The notes: generated by a model from the sequence alone, not told the origin. Counted from the first letter of the stretch, positions 1 through 9,696 are shown. The stretch is 55,661 nt of DNA from an uncultured Uliginosibacterium sp. (GCA_945957295.1 CAMFLH010000001.1:1-55661); one strand, 5' to 3'. Translations and numbers: made by a program.

Positions 1-143
1 TCGAGGCTCTTGATCTTGAAGCTGGAAAAGGTGAACGGATGATCCATCCACGACAGGTCAAGGTGGATGTGCAAGCCGATGCACAGCTGCTGCGGGGTGA
101 TGAAGTGGTCCTTCGAGTGGTCGTCGCGCTCCAACGCCATCAT
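1..143 (-). CDS. 5' part of a DUF3391-domain protein (usually an HD-GYP c-di-GMP phosphodiesterase), truncated by the window edge
   Basis: Not in the ORF track. Manual minus-strand translation from ATG 143/140 gives MMALERDDHSKDHFITPQQLCIGLHIHLDLSWMDHPFTFSSFKIKSL..., matching the QL.IG..I.L...W..HPF....F.I pattern of DUF3391. The HD-GYP domain itself is off-window. Confidence 0.65.
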   Translation of the reverse strand, partial: MMALERDDHSKDHFITPQQLCIGLHIHLDLSWMDHPFTFSSFKIKSL

Positions 144-174
144 CCATCGTCCGGGTTACTGGGGTACACCGGCA

Positions 175-201
175 TTTACGGCACGCAGGGGACAAAACTG
201 A
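175..201 (-). promoter_or_regulatory. Putative sigma-28 (FliA) promoter
   Basis: Minus strand reads TCAG-N15-GCCGTAAA, versus consensus TAAA-N15-GCCGATAA, about 30 bp upstream of the DUF3391 gene. Confidence 0.45.
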
Positions 202-226
202 AGCCCGGTGCCGGGCCAATGGGTGC

Positions 227-706
227 TCAGCGCGCGCCGCGCTGGCGCCGGATCAGGCGCAGATCGGTAATGAATTCGAGCGGTGTTCCGACCTGGATCT
301 GATGAAACGCGGGGTGCTGCGGATTAAGCAGGTAGTTGGTTTCGGACGGGATCACCGCGCTCGGCACGGCCAGCACCGGGCTACGCTTGCTGCGCGCCCA
401 CTCGCTGCCGATCTGCTGCAGGTGTTCGCGTGCGCCCAGTTCGCGCCAGCCTTCGGGCAAGCTGTTCGCCGCCAGATGCTCGATCGGCAGGTCGGCGGGA
501 ATGAAGGCCGGGATCATCACGTAGCGGGCACGCAGCGGATCGTCCTGCACCAGCAGTTCGAGCATCGCGAGCGATTGCGTCGCCGCGGTGTAGACCATCG
601 GCACATGCTTGCGATTCCAGCGCCCGCCGTAGAGCCGCGCCCCCTCGCCGCTGAAGGCGGTATCCGCAAAGCGCGCAGTGACCAGCCGCCAGACGGTGAG
701 CGTCAT
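227..706 (-). CDS. RES-domain toxin (NAD+ phosphorylase/ADP-ribosyltransferase-like)
   Basis: 159 aa with WRL, FSGEGA..YGGRWN, VY.A...SLA.LE, VPSAV.P.E.N.LLNP.HP motifs, directly downstream of an Xre antitoxin. Confidence 0.92.
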   Translation of the reverse strand: MTLTVWRLVTARFADTAFSGEGARLYGGRWNRKHVPMVYTAATQSLAMLELLVQDDPLRARYVMIPAFIPADLPIEHLAANSLPEGWRELGAREHLQQIGSEWARSKRSPVLAVPSAVIPSETNYLLNPQHPAFHQIQVGTPLEFITDLRLIRRQRGAR

Positions 707-709
707 CGA

Positions 710-1162
710 TCAGGCGAACACGCCGTGTTCGATCCGCCCCAGCGTATCCAGCACACTCTCCGCGCCAATATCGGTGTCCAGCAACGACATCGGCGTAGCG
801 CCGCACAGCGCAGCGTTGGGCGACTTGAGCCAGTCGAGCGCGACGTCGAGATCCTCAAAAACCTCCTCGGCACGTTCCACCACACGCGCCAGCCGCACCA
901 CCTTGGCCGACTCCTCGCTGTTGAGCAAGCCTTCACGCTTGCGCCGCGCCAGCGTGCGTTCCGGGATGCCGAGCGAACCGGCCAGTTCCGCCTGCGTCAG
1001 TTGGATCATGCGGGCGAGCGATTCCACCGCCTGCGCGGGAATGCCGTGACGAATCAGGCTCACCCACTCCAGCGGCGTACGCGGCACGCTCTGCAACACA
1101 CGGTGCCCACCAAGCAGGCCTTGTATCGACAGATCTTCTCGCTGCAACGCGGCTGAACTCAT
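710..1162 (-). CDS. Xre/MbcA/ParS-family antitoxin (HTH + DUF2384)
   Basis: LGIPERTLARRK..G.L..EES, then A.EVF.D...A..WL..PN.AL.G.TP..LLDT..G...V...LGRIEHGVF. Start placed at ATG 1162 behind an AAGGTGG RBS. Confidence 0.92.
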   Translation of the reverse strand: MSSAALQREDLSIQGLLGGHRVLQSVPRTPLEWVSLIRHGIPAQAVESLARMIQLTQAELAGSLGIPERTLARRKREGLLNSEESAKVVRLARVVERAEEVFEDLDVALDWLKSPNAALCGATPMSLLDTDIGAESVLDTLGRIEHGVFA

Positions 1163-1177
1163 GCTGCACCACCTTTC

Positions 1178-1220
1178 GCCATATGGCATTCAATATAGGC
1201 AAAAATGGCGCAAACAACAA
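1178..1220 (-). promoter_or_regulatory. Putative sigma-70 promoter and autoregulatory operator of the TA operon
   Basis: Minus strand TTGTTG-N17-TATATT. Perfect palindrome GCCATATGGC at 1178-1187 and a related GCCATTTTTGC inside the spacer. Confidence 0.5.
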
Positions 1221-1365
1221 GATCAGCGCGACCCGCGCAAGCGCCGGATTCAGCCCATGCGCCATAGTGATGTCGATGCAATGCAACGCCGACGCAGCGC
1301 TCGCGGAACGTTTTCCGGCCCGTCAGATCGAATCGACGCACATTCCCACACGCCACGGGTCAACC

Positions 1366-1917
1366 ATGTCCTGCCTCGGTCGCATTTCGCTCCGCCGTCT
1401 CGTTTTGCCGTTCGTCATCCTGCTATTGGCCGGTTGCGCCACGTCACCGCCGGAAGGCATTTCATCGATCACGCCCTTCGACGCGGCGCGCTACACCGGC
1501 AAGTGGTACGAAATCGCACGCCTTGACCATTCGTTCGAACGTGGGCTTTCCGACGTCAGCGCGCGCTACCGCCAGCAAGCGGATGGCAGCATCGAAGTCA
1601 TCAACCGAGGTTTCGACAGTGCGAAGAACGACTGGCGCGAAGCGGTGGGCCGCGCGCTGTTCATCGGCGACACCAACCGCGCTTCGCTGAAGGTGTCGTT
1701 CTTCGGGCCGTTCTACGGCGGCTACTACGTCGTCCGGCTCGACCCGGATTACCGCTGGGCAATGGTGGTTGGCCCCAGCCGTGATTACCTGTGGATTCTG
1801 GCGCGCGACAAACAGCTGGCACCGGAGATCCGCGAACAGCTGATCCGCGACGCCCGTACGCTTGGCTTACCGACCGATCAGCTGGTCTGGGTGACGCACA
1901 CCCGCAGCGACAGCTGA
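1366..1917 (+). CDS. blc: Outer-membrane lipocalin lipoprotein
   Basis: Lipobox LLAGC; GKWYEIARLDHSFERGL, LKVSFFGPFYGGY and YLWILAR motifs. ATG 1366 preferred over the upstream ORF extension. Confidence 0.9.
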   Translation: MSCLGRISLRRLVLPFVILLLAGCATSPPEGISSITPFDAARYTGKWYEIARLDHSFERGLSDVSARYRQQADGSIEVINRGFDSAKNDWREAVGRALFIGDTNRASLKVSFFGPFYGGYYVVRLDPDYRWAMVVGPSRDYLWILARDKQLAPEIREQLIRDARTLGLPTDQLVWVTHTRSDS

Positions 1918-1929
1918 CGGCAGCGCCGT

Positions 1930-2745
1930 TCAGGCCGCAGCGGGCATCCAGCGCCAACTATCCATCGCCAGCGCTGGGCCGTCGAATACCGCGAGAAAGC
2001 GCTCTACGTGTGCGTTCTCGCCCGCCGCGCCCAGGGCCACGAACAGAGGCAGGAAGTGCTCCGGGCTCGGGTGGGCACGCAGCGCATCCGGCGCGCGTTG
2101 GGTCCAGTCGAGCAGATCGTCGATGCGGCGCGCCTCGATCGCGTCGGCGACCCAGTCGTCGAACGCCTTCACATAGGGCATCGGATCAACCGATTGCCCC
2201 AGCAGATCCGGGCGGCGAAACGCGTCGCGCAGGTTGTGCGTGGTGTGGCCCGAAGCGACGATCAGCACGTTGTCCGCCGCCAACGGCGCGAGCGCCTTGC
2301 CCACCGCGAAGTGGTGTCGTGCGCACAGCTCCGGCTGCACCGACAACTGGATCACCGGCACATCGGCCTTGGGAAACATGTGCAGCAAGGGCACCCAAGC
2401 GCCGTGGTCGAGCCCACGCGCGCCGTCGATACCGGCCGTGAGGCCCGCCTCGCGCAGCAGCCCCCGTACCTGCTCGGCCAGCGCCGGCGCGCCGGCGGCC
2501 GGATAGCGCAAGCGGTAGAGCGCATCCGGGAAGCCACCGAAATCGTGAATCGTCGGCGGCGCCTCGGCCCCGGTCAGCATCGGGATGCCGGTGTTCCAAT
2601 GCGCCGACACCGCGATGATCGCGCGCGGCCTCGGCAAGGTTTCACCGAGCTTGGCCCAGGCACGCGCCGCATCGCTATCGAGCATTGCATGCAAGGGCGA
2701 ACCATGCGAGAGGAAGAGAACGGACTGGGCTGCTGCGGTGTTCAT
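1930..2745 (-). CDS. DODA/YgiD-type class III extradiol dioxygenase (LigB family)
   Basis: FLSHGSP, SAHW, TIHDFGGFP, GLDHGAWVPL..MFP.AD.PV and AHP..EHFLPL motifs. Confidence 0.9.
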   Translation of the reverse strand: MNTAAAQSVLFLSHGSPLHAMLDSDAARAWAKLGETLPRPRAIIAVSAHWNTGIPMLTGAEAPPTIHDFGGFPDALYRLRYPAAGAPALAEQVRGLLREAGLTAGIDGARGLDHGAWVPLLHMFPKADVPVIQLSVQPELCARHHFAVGKALAPLAADNVLIVASGHTTHNLRDAFRRPDLLGQSVDPMPYVKAFDDWVADAIEARRIDDLLDWTQRAPDALRAHPSPEHFLPLFVALGAAGENAHVERFLAVFDGPALAMDSWRWMPAAA

Positions 2746-2804
2746 GATCGTTTCCTGAATGATTGGGCGCGAGCCGACCCGGCCCGCGCCACGGTTGCGA
2801 CGGC

Positions 2805-3413
2805 TTACTTCAGCAAGCCTTCTGCGCGCAGCGCCGCCTGCACCGCCGGGCGTGCGGCAACGCGGGCATGGAAGGCTGCCAGCGCCGGCCATTGCGCGAG
2901 GTCGATGCCAACCCACTGGCCCCAGTTGATGACGGTGAAGAGGTAACCATCCGCCACCGTGAACTGCGCGCCGGTCAGGTAATCCTTACCCTGCAGTTGG
3001 CTCACCACATAGTCGAAGCGCTTGGCGAGCAGCGCCTTGGCTGCATCCTTGGTTTCGGCCGGCGCGTTCGGGTTGAAAAGCGCGCCGAAGGTCTTGTGCA
3101 GCTCCGAATTGATGAAGGTCAGCCACTCCTGCAGGCGGTAGCGCGCCATCGTGCCGTTGGCCGGCGCAAGGCCGCTTTCCGGCTTCTGGTCAGCGATGTA
3201 CTGCACGATCGCCGGGCCCTCGGTGAGGATCTCGCCGCTGTCAAGCTGTACCGTCGGTACATAGCCCTTCGGGTTGATCGCGGTGAAATCGCCGCCGTCG
3301 GCGAACTGCTTGGTCTTCAGATCCACCTTCACCAGTTCCACCGGCAGGCCGGCTTCGCGCAATGCGATATGCGGTGACAGGGAGCAAGCGCCGGGCGAGA
3401 AGAACAGTTTCAT
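2805..3413 (-). CDS. gstA: Glutathione S-transferase (beta class)
   Basis: MKLFFSPGACSLSPHIALRE, INPKGYVP, LTEGPAIVQY, FTVADGYLFTV. Confidence 0.93.
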   Translation of the reverse strand: MKLFFSPGACSLSPHIALREAGLPVELVKVDLKTKQFADGGDFTAINPKGYVPTVQLDSGEILTEGPAIVQYIADQKPESGLAPANGTMARYRLQEWLTFINSELHKTFGALFNPNAPAETKDAAKALLAKRFDYVVSQLQGKDYLTGAQFTVADGYLFTVINWGQWVGIDLAQWPALAAFHARVAARPAVQAALRAEGLLK

Positions 3414-3489
3414 TTGGGTTTCTCCGTTGAGTTGGGGTTGGAGCTTGGGGTCTGGAACCGGGCGGCATCACCGCCCGGGTGTTTCAAAA

Positions 3490-3909
3490 TCAGGCAAAAG
3501 CGGGGGCACTGACGGGCTTGCGGGCATCCAGCGCAAAGGCGCCAGCGCCAAGCAAAGCTTGCACGAAGGTCGCCACCGTCAGGAAAGCCGGATATTCCCA
3601 GCCGCCGTTAGGCGCCGTAAAGGTCCAACCGTTCCCTGCGTGGGCCCAGGTGGCGCCGAGCAAGACGGGGATCAGGGCCGTCGCAACCAGCCGGGTGCGC
3701 CAGCCGAGCAACAACGCGATGCCGCCAAACAATTCCGCCGCAAACACCGGGTAGGCGAGGAAGCCCGGCAGGCCCAGCGAAGCGAAGAACGCCGCAGTAC
3801 CCGGCAGTGTGAATACGAGCAGCTTGAGCATCGCATGCGCGATGAACATCAGGCCAAGGCTGATGCGCAGAACAAAGCTTCCGATCTGGGTGGTCTGTTG
3901 GTTTTCCAT
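3490..3909 (-). CDS. DoxX family membrane protein
   Basis: LRISLG.MFIAH..LK, F.SLGLP, E..GG..LLLG..TR, GGWEYP; four hydrophobic segments. Confidence 0.9.
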   Translation of the reverse strand: MENQQTTQIGSFVLRISLGLMFIAHAMLKLLVFTLPGTAAFFASLGLPGFLAYPVFAAELFGGIALLLGWRTRLVATALIPVLLGATWAHAGNGWTFTAPNGGWEYPAFLTVATFVQALLGAGAFALDARKPVSAPAFA

Positions 3910-4025
3910 GATGGCTCTCCTGTGTGGGTTTCGCGTGATGCGATGGAGAGAAGTCTGCCAACGACGAAGATCGGGATAAAGTAGCGGCATCGCAATTGTT
4001 TATTGCAATTATCGGGATAGTCACC

Positions 4026-4967
4026 ATGGACCGCATCGAAGCAATGACGATCTTCACCAAGGTGGTGGAGCAAGGCAGCTTCGCCGCCGCGGCCGACAGC
4101 CTGAAACGCTCGACCTCGGCCGTGTCGCGCCAGGTGGCACAGCTTGAAGCGCTGCTCGATGCCCGCTTGCTACACCGGACGACGCGCCGCCTGTCGCTGA
4201 CCGAGAACGGCCGCGCCTACTACGAGCGTTGCGTACAGTTGCTGGCCGACATCGCCGAGGCCGAAGAACTCGCCGGCGCGCGCGACCCCACGCCGCGCGG
4301 CAGCCTGCGGCTAACCGCACCCATCAGCTTTGGTGTGAGCCACCTGGCGCCCGCCATTGCGGCATACCTGGCGCGCTACCCGGCGGTGCGCGTCGACGTC
4401 GCGCTATCCGACCGACAGGTGGATCTGGTGGAAGAAGGGCTGGATCTCGCGATCCGCGTCGGCGAGGTGGGCAGCCAGACACTGGTCGCCCGGCCGATCG
4501 GCGAAGCGCGCCTGATGATCGCAGCCGCCCCCGCCTACCTCGCAGCGCATGGCAAGCCCCGACATCCGGACGATCTGGCGCAGCATGCCTGCCTGACTTA
4601 CGCCTACGCCTCCGAAGGTTTGAACTGGGTCTTCCGCAGCGCCTCCGGCGAGCGCATCAAGGTGCCGGTGCGTGGCCCGGCACACGCCAACAGCGGCCCG
4701 CTGCTGGCCGAACTGGCGGCACAGGGGCTGGGCCTCACCTCGGCACCCGATTTCATCCTGCAACCGCTGATCGACAGCGGCCGCCTGCGCGAAGTGTTGA
4801 GCGACTGGCGCCCTCAACCGCTGACGATCTACGCGGTCTATCCGACGCGGCGCCACCTGTCCGCCGCGGTGCGCGGCTTCGTCAGCCACCTCAGTGACTG
4901 GCTGGCAAACGCCTGCCCGGAAAGCGAACGGGCGCCCCGGCTCACGCCGGAACGCCCGTCGAATTGA
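4026..4967 (+). CDS. LysR-family regulator (CrgA-like), divergent from doxX-gstA-dioxygenase
   Basis: GSFAAAA..L..S.SAVSRQV.QLE..L..RLL.RTTR.LSLTE HTH; VDLVEEG.DLAIR. Confidence 0.93.
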   Translation: MDRIEAMTIFTKVVEQGSFAAAADSLKRSTSAVSRQVAQLEALLDARLLHRTTRRLSLTENGRAYYERCVQLLADIAEAEELAGARDPTPRGSLRLTAPISFGVSHLAPAIAAYLARYPAVRVDVALSDRQVDLVEEGLDLAIRVGEVGSQTLVARPIGEARLMIAAAPAYLAAHGKPRHPDDLAQHACLTYAYASEGLNWVFRSASGERIKVPVRGPAHANSGPLLAELAAQGLGLTSAPDFILQPLIDSGRLREVLSDWRPQPLTIYAVYPTRRHLSAAVRGFVSHLSDWLANACPESERAPRLTPERPSN

Positions 4968-4979
4968 GGCTCGGAACGC

Positions 4980-5324
4980 TCAGTTACCGCAACCGCAGCC
5001 ACCGGCACCGTTACCGCCGCAACCGCCGCCCGCGCTTTGCTGCGCGGCCGCTTCGGCGTAGGCACCGAGCTGTACGCGGAAGTCGATCACGATGTTGCCC
5101 GGCTCACGCGCGACGTAGTCGATCTTGATCTGGTCGCCGTAGCGGTGGCGGATCTGATCGAGCAGGGGCAGCGGGTCGTGGTCATTCTGGAAACGCATCA
5201 CGTCGCCATCGTTGAGCGACTCGAGCGCACCGAAGATCGCGGCATGGCGGAAACGCTTGGAAATGGCACGCGCATCAAAACCGAAAACACCGTTTTCTTG
5301 CGCAAGGGTGTCGGAGCACGACAT
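4980..5324 (-). CDS. DUF2249-domain protein with Gly/Cys-rich tail
   Basis: DAR.I....RH..IF..L..L..GD.M...NDHDP.PL motif; C-terminal GGGCGGNGAGGCGCGN. Confidence 0.8.
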   Translation of the reverse strand: MSCSDTLAQENGVFGFDARAISKRFRHAAIFGALESLNDGDVMRFQNDHDPLPLLDQIRHRYGDQIKIDYVAREPGNIVIDFRVQLGAYAEAAAQQSAGGGCGGNGAGGCGCGN

Positions 5325-5385
5325 GGATCACCTCTTGGGGTTCGTTGGGGTGGCGCCAGTTTCGCGGCGCGCCGGCTTTGTTTCC

Positions 5386-5399
5386 TTGAGCCGGAACAA
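5386..5399. promoter_or_regulatory. Putative FNR/DNR-type box
   Basis: TTGAG-CCGG-AACAA versus TTGAT-N4-ATCAA, about 60 bp upstream of the DUF2249 start. Confidence 0.45.
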
Positions 5400-5495
5400 G
5401 CAGCCGGACGCGCTGTCAGGGATAATGCACACCCTGTTTCCCCGGCAAGCGTCTATACCCAGAAGAGCGCGCACGCCAAGCAAGGACGACCCCCG

Positions 5496-6233
5496 ATGCC
5501 AACACAAGCCCCCCCGCGCCTCGCCGCAGACGCCCTCGCCTTCTTTCTAGATTTCGACGGCACGCTGGTCCCGTTCGACAAACCGGACGAAACCGTGCCG
5601 CTGGTCGACGACGGCCTGCGCTCGCTGCTGACCGAGCTGCGCAATCGCGCCGACGGCGCGCTCGCCATGGTCAGCGGGCGCAGCATTGAAGTAATCGACA
5701 GCCTGTTCGAACCGCTGCGCCTGGCCGCTGCCGGCGAACACGGCGCCGAATGGCGCTTCACCCCGCACGCCACGCGCGAACAGCTGGTGCCGCCGCCGGG
5801 CCTGGTCACCGCCCACGCGGCTTGCGAACAGTTCGCCAACCACACGCTGGGGGTGCGCTTCGAACGCAAAGCCCTGTCGATGGTGCTGCACTTCCATCGC
5901 CACCCGGAACTGCGCGACGCCGCAGCCAAAGCCGCCGAATCGGGCTGCCTGCCCGGCAGCGGCGTACGCGTGATGCACGCTCGCGGCATGGTCGAGGTCA
6001 AACCGGTGGAAGCCAGCAAGGGGGTTGCGATCAACCGTTTCATGCAAGCCTTCCCCTTTGCCGGGCGCAAGCCGGTGTTCATCGGCGACGATATCACCGA
6101 CGAAGATGGCTTCCTTGCCGTGAATGCGCTCGACGGCATCTCGATCAAGGTTGGTGCCGGCAACTCACACGCGCGCTACCGCCTGCCCGACGAAGACGCG
6201 GTGCGCGACTGGCTTGAGCAGCTGCTCGATTGA
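5496..6233 (+). CDS. otsB: Trehalose-6-phosphate phosphatase
   Basis: HAD motifs [23 protein letters not shown]...SKG.AI, F.GDD.TDEDGF. Confidence 0.9.
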   Translation: MPTQAPPRLAADALAFFLDFDGTLVPFDKPDETVPLVDDGLRSLLTELRNRADGALAMVSGRSIEVIDSLFEPLRLAAAGEHGAEWRFTPHATREQLVPPPGLVTAHAACEQFANHTLGVRFERKALSMVLHFHRHPELRDAAAKAAESGCLPGSGVRVMHARGMVEVKPVEASKGVAINRFMQAFPFAGRKPVFIGDDITDEDGFLAVNALDGISIKVGAGNSHARYRLPDEDAVRDWLEQLLD

Positions 6234-6769
6234 GCGTGACGCAAGCAGGCGCGCTGGAATCCCGCCTGCACATCTGGCAGGGGGACATCACCACGCTGGC
6301 GGTCGACGCCATTGTGAATGCCGCCAACAGCAGCCTTCTCGGCGGCGGTGGCGTGGACGGTGCGATCCACCGCGCCGCGGGGCCGCAATTGCGCCAGTAC
6401 TGCACCGGACTCGGCGGCTGCCGCACCGGTGAAGCACGCATCACCCCAGGCTTCCAGCTACCTGCACGCCATGTGCTGCATACCGTCGGCCCAGTGTGGC
6501 GCGGCGGGCTGGCGAGTGAAGTCGATCTGCTGACAGCCTGCTACCGCGCCTGCTTCGCGCTGGCAGAGGCACATCAGCTCAACACCCTCGCCTTCCCGGC
6601 AATCAGCTGCGGCATCTACGGCTTTCCACCCGAACTCGCGGCCCCCATCGCAGTACGCGAATCACTCACCGCACTCGCTAGCCGCGATACGCTCCGTGTC
6701 ACGCTGGTCGCCTTCGATGCCGAGATGGCGGCACTCTTCGCCCAAACGCTCTCGGGCCAGCACCGGTAG
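6230..6769 (+). CDS. ymdB: Macrodomain O-acetyl-ADP-ribose deacetylase (YmdB-like)
   Basis: GDIT...[47 protein letters not shown]. Confidence 0.9.
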   Translation: MSVTQAGALESRLHIWQGDITTLAVDAIVNAANSSLLGGGGVDGAIHRAAGPQLRQYCTGLGGCRTGEARITPGFQLPARHVLHTVGPVWRGGLASEVDLLTACYRACFALAEAHQLNTLAFPAISCGIYGFPPELAAPIAVRESLTALASRDTLRVTLVAFDAEMAALFAQTLSGQHR

Positions 6770-6794
6770 ACAAACTCAGCGAGCGCCAACGACC

Positions 6795-8900
6795 ATGCCG
6801 CAGCTCCCACGCCTGCTCTTCACCCACACGATCTACAACGGTATCGGTTGTGCAGCCGGCGTTCTGCTGGTGGCACTGTGTGGCTACATGGCGGGCGGCT
6901 TCACGCTGGCGGCGGTGCTGTCCAGCGGTGCGATGGCAGTCAGCATCGCCGACGTGCCGGCGCCAGAGGGCCACAAGCTGCGGCAACTGCTGCCGGCGTG
7001 GCTGGGGACTTCCCTGGTCACGCTGCTGGTCAGTGCCAGCCACACGCACGCAGTGCTGCTCGGGCTGGAGATCACCGCAGTCGGCTTCGTCGCCGGCTTG
7101 CTCAGCGCTTGGGGCCGACTGCTGTTGCCGATGGGCTTCAGCCTCGTGCTCGCCACCGTATTCGCGATGGCCTTTCCGCTGCCGGCCGGCAGCGCGCCGC
7201 TGGGCCACGCGGGCCTTTTCATGCTGGGCGGGGCGGCGTATGTGCTGTGGGGCTGGAGCCTGGCTATCCTGCTTGCGGTGCGCACACGCCAGCAGGTGCT
7301 CGCCGACGCGCTCGACGCGTTTTCGCGTTACCTGCGACACAAGGCGCGCTACTACGACCCGACAAGCGCGCTCGAGACGGTCTACCTCGACCTGATCCGC
7401 GAGCACGCAAGCTTGGCTGAAAAGCTTCAAGCGGCGCGGGATTTCTGCTTCTACCGTATCCGGCCGGGGCGCCGCGCCGAACTGGCACGGGTGCTGTATG
7501 CCTTGCTGGATGCCTATGAGCACGCGCTGGCATCGCAGACCGACCGCGAGCTGATGCGTGCCCGCTACGGCGCGTCCGACGTCATGCGCGAGATGGGTCA
7601 GCGCGTGGTGGAGGCGGCCGATGATATCGAAGCCGTTGCCAGCGCCATCGTGCGTGCGCGCCCGGTGCCGATGCTGCCCGACCGCAGCGCCAGCTGCGCT
7701 GTGACGCAGGCCGCGGCCTACGCGCTGGCCGAGCCGGATCTCGCTTCGGCCGAACATGCGCGCGCGGCAGCCCTGCTGCGCGGTCTGGCCGCCAAACTCT
7801 TCCACTCGCTGCAAAGCGCGCGCACGCTGATCGATGCCGCACGCCTGCGCAGCGAAGGGTCGCCGCTACCCAGCGAGCGCGAACTGCGCGCCTTCGTGTC
7901 GGTGCGCAAGATCCGCATCGCCACGCTGCGCCGCCACCTGAACACCGATTCGCCGGTACTGCGCTATGCGCTGCGCCTCGCGATGGCGATGCTCGCTGGC
8001 TTCGTACTGGCACGCAGCCTGCCCTACGCTGCGCACGGCCACTGGATCATGCTGACCACGGCCGTCGTGTTGCGGCCGAGCTTCAGCCAGACGCGCCAGC
8101 GCCACAACGATCGCGTGATCGGCAACCTGATCGGCTGCGTGATTGCCGGCCTGCTGCTGCATGTCGTTCACAGCCCGCTTGGCATCCTGCCGCTGCTGTT
8201 CATGTCGATCGCGATCGCGCACGCCTTCGTCACCGTGCAATACCGCGTCACCTCGATTGCGGCCTGCGTGATGGGCCTGCTGCAACTTCAGTTGCTGGCG
8301 CCGAATTCGCCCTTCGTGCTGACCGAACGTGTGATCGATACGGTGATCGGCGCACTGATCGCGCTGGGTTTTGCCTTCGTGCTGCCGGCCTGGGAACGCC
8401 GCAGCCTGCCGCAGCTGATGAAGCGGGTGCGTGAAACCGCAGCGAACTACGCCGACGCAGCGCTGGACCCCAAGCTCGGGCCGCTGGCCTATCGCCTTGC
8501 CCGCAAACAGGCGCAAGACGCACTAGCCGCGCTGAGCCAGGCCACCGCCCGCATGCTGGACGAACCGAGCAGCCACCAGACTGCATTGCCACCGCTACAT
8601 GGCACGGTGTCGTCGGCGTATCTGCTCGGCGCGCAACTGGCGTCCGTGCGCTTCATGCTCGAGCAACGCGGCGCAGACTTCGAGCCAGCGCGCCGCGACG
8701 CATTGCTGCTTGAAGGTCGCCGAGAACTGGCTGGCATCCTGGCCAGTGCGGCCGCAGGCCAAGCGGCGCCCCACGAAGCGGTCGCCGTCGACACCAGCCC
8801 GGACGACATGCGCGAACAGGATGTGCACATCCTGCTGCAACGCCGGCTCGCCGCCGCGCGGGAAGATGCGCAGCGGCTGGCCAGTTTCGTTGCCGCCTGA
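6795..8900 (+). CDS. FUSC/YccS-like inner-membrane transporter
   Basis: Two hydrophobic blocks; RYALRLA, HGHWI.LT..VVLRP.FSQT..R...RV.G...G, R..DT.IG motifs. Confidence 0.85.
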   Translation: MPQLPRLLFTHTIYNGIGCAAGVLLVALCGYMAGGFTLAAVLSSGAMAVSIADVPAPEGHKLRQLLPAWLGTSLVTLLVSASHTHAVLLGLEITAVGFVAGLLSAWGRLLLPMGFSLVLATVFAMAFPLPAGSAPLGHAGLFMLGGAAYVLWGWSLAILLAVRTRQQVLADALDAFSRYLRHKARYYDPTSALETVYLDLIREHASLAEKLQAARDFCFYRIRPGRRAELARVLYALLDAYEHALASQTDRELMRARYGASDVMREMGQRVVEAADDIEAVASAIVRARPVPMLPDRSASCAVTQAAAYALAEPDLASAEHARAAALLRGLAAKLFHSLQSARTLIDAARLRSEGSPLPSERELRAFVSVRKIRIATLRRHLNTDSPVLRYALRLAMAMLAGFVLARSLPYAAHGHWIMLTTAVVLRPSFSQTRQRHNDRVIGNLIGCVIAGLLLHVVHSPLGILPLLFMSIAIAHAFVTVQYRVTSIAACVMGLLQLQLLAPNSPFVLTERVIDTVIGALIALGFAFVLPAWERRSLPQLMKRVRETAANYADAALDPKLGPLAYRLARKQAQDALAALSQATARMLDEPSSHQTALPPLHGTVSSAYLLGAQLASVRFMLEQRGADFEPARRDALLLEGRRELAGILASAAAGQAAPHEAVAVDTSPDDMREQDVHILLQRRLAAAREDAQRLASFVAA

Positions 8901-9683
8901 TCAGTCTTCCAGCTCGGCCTTCGCCGCTTCGACGTCAAGCCGCTCCATCGCCTCGACCGCTTCGCAGGTGGCTGCTTCGGCGTAGAGATCCTCTGCCCGC
9001 TTCATCTTGCTCTTGCCAAAGAGCATGACGAGGCCATTCGCCATTTCCATGCGGGCAATCGCGGAGTACGGAATCAGTTCCAGCGCAGTCTCGAAATGTT
9101 CAACAGCGCTGTCCTTCTTGGCGCCGTAGGTCAGGTTGCCAACCAGCGAGCCAACCTTGTCGATCACCTCGGCCTGGAAGGCGCCCAGCGCGATGTGCGC
9201 TTCGGCGTGATCCGGTTCGAGTTCCAGCGTTTTCTCAAGGCTGGCGCGGATCTTCCCACCGAGCCCCTTGGCGAGCGCTTCGCCGACCGAGATCAGCTGG
9301 CTGAAGCGACCCAGCGCGTAGGCGTGGAAATACCAGGCGTTGGCGGCATCGGGCATGGTCTTCTGCTGCGCCTCGGCGCGATCGATGATCTGCTGGAAAA
9401 GCGCGCTCTTCTCGTCGTCGTCATCGACGAGATAGGTCGCGTAGATCATCGCGGCCTTGTTGGCGGCAGAGACACCAGCGCCGCCCGCCTTGAGGCCCAG
9501 TTCAACCGCCTTGGCAAAGTCGCCGGCGTGATAGGCGCGCCAGGCATCCTGCGCCTCGGCCGACTCCGGCCAGGGCTCACGGTCGCCCTGATGCAGGCGG
9601 GCCCAGTTCTTCTTCAGGGCATCGCCTGCGTAGCTGTACTGTTTTTCGGGATGCGGAAACTTGCGCCAGCCTTGCGTACTCAT
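8901..9683 (-). CDS. Conserved hypothetical TPR-like helical protein
   Basis: 260 aa with good RBS (GAGGAG); TPR-like helices such as AWYFHAYALG and LEKTLELEPDHAEAHIALG. Confidence 0.75.
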   Translation of the reverse strand: MSTQGWRKFPHPEKQYSYAGDALKKNWARLHQGDREPWPESAEAQDAWRAYHAGDFAKAVELGLKAGGAGVSAANKAAMIYATYLVDDDDEKSALFQQIIDRAEAQQKTMPDAANAWYFHAYALGRFSQLISVGEALAKGLGGKIRASLEKTLELEPDHAEAHIALGAFQAEVIDKVGSLVGNLTYGAKKDSAVEHFETALELIPYSAIARMEMANGLVMLFGKSKMKRAEDLYAEAATCEAVEAMERLDVEAAKAELED

Positions 9684-9696
9684 GGTGGTCTCCTCC

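Noticed and set aside
5037-5495. N-terminal extension of the otsB ORF (likewise the blc, dioxygenase, patatin and first-DGC extensions)
   Set aside because: These overlap real genes or promoters; stop-poor GC-rich frames explain them.
227-6769. Functional link between the RES toxin and the macrodomain as an ADP-ribosylation writer/eraser pair
   Set aside because: They are 5.5 kb apart in different operons; the macrodomain looks like a housekeeping YmdB and RES already has its Xre antitoxin.
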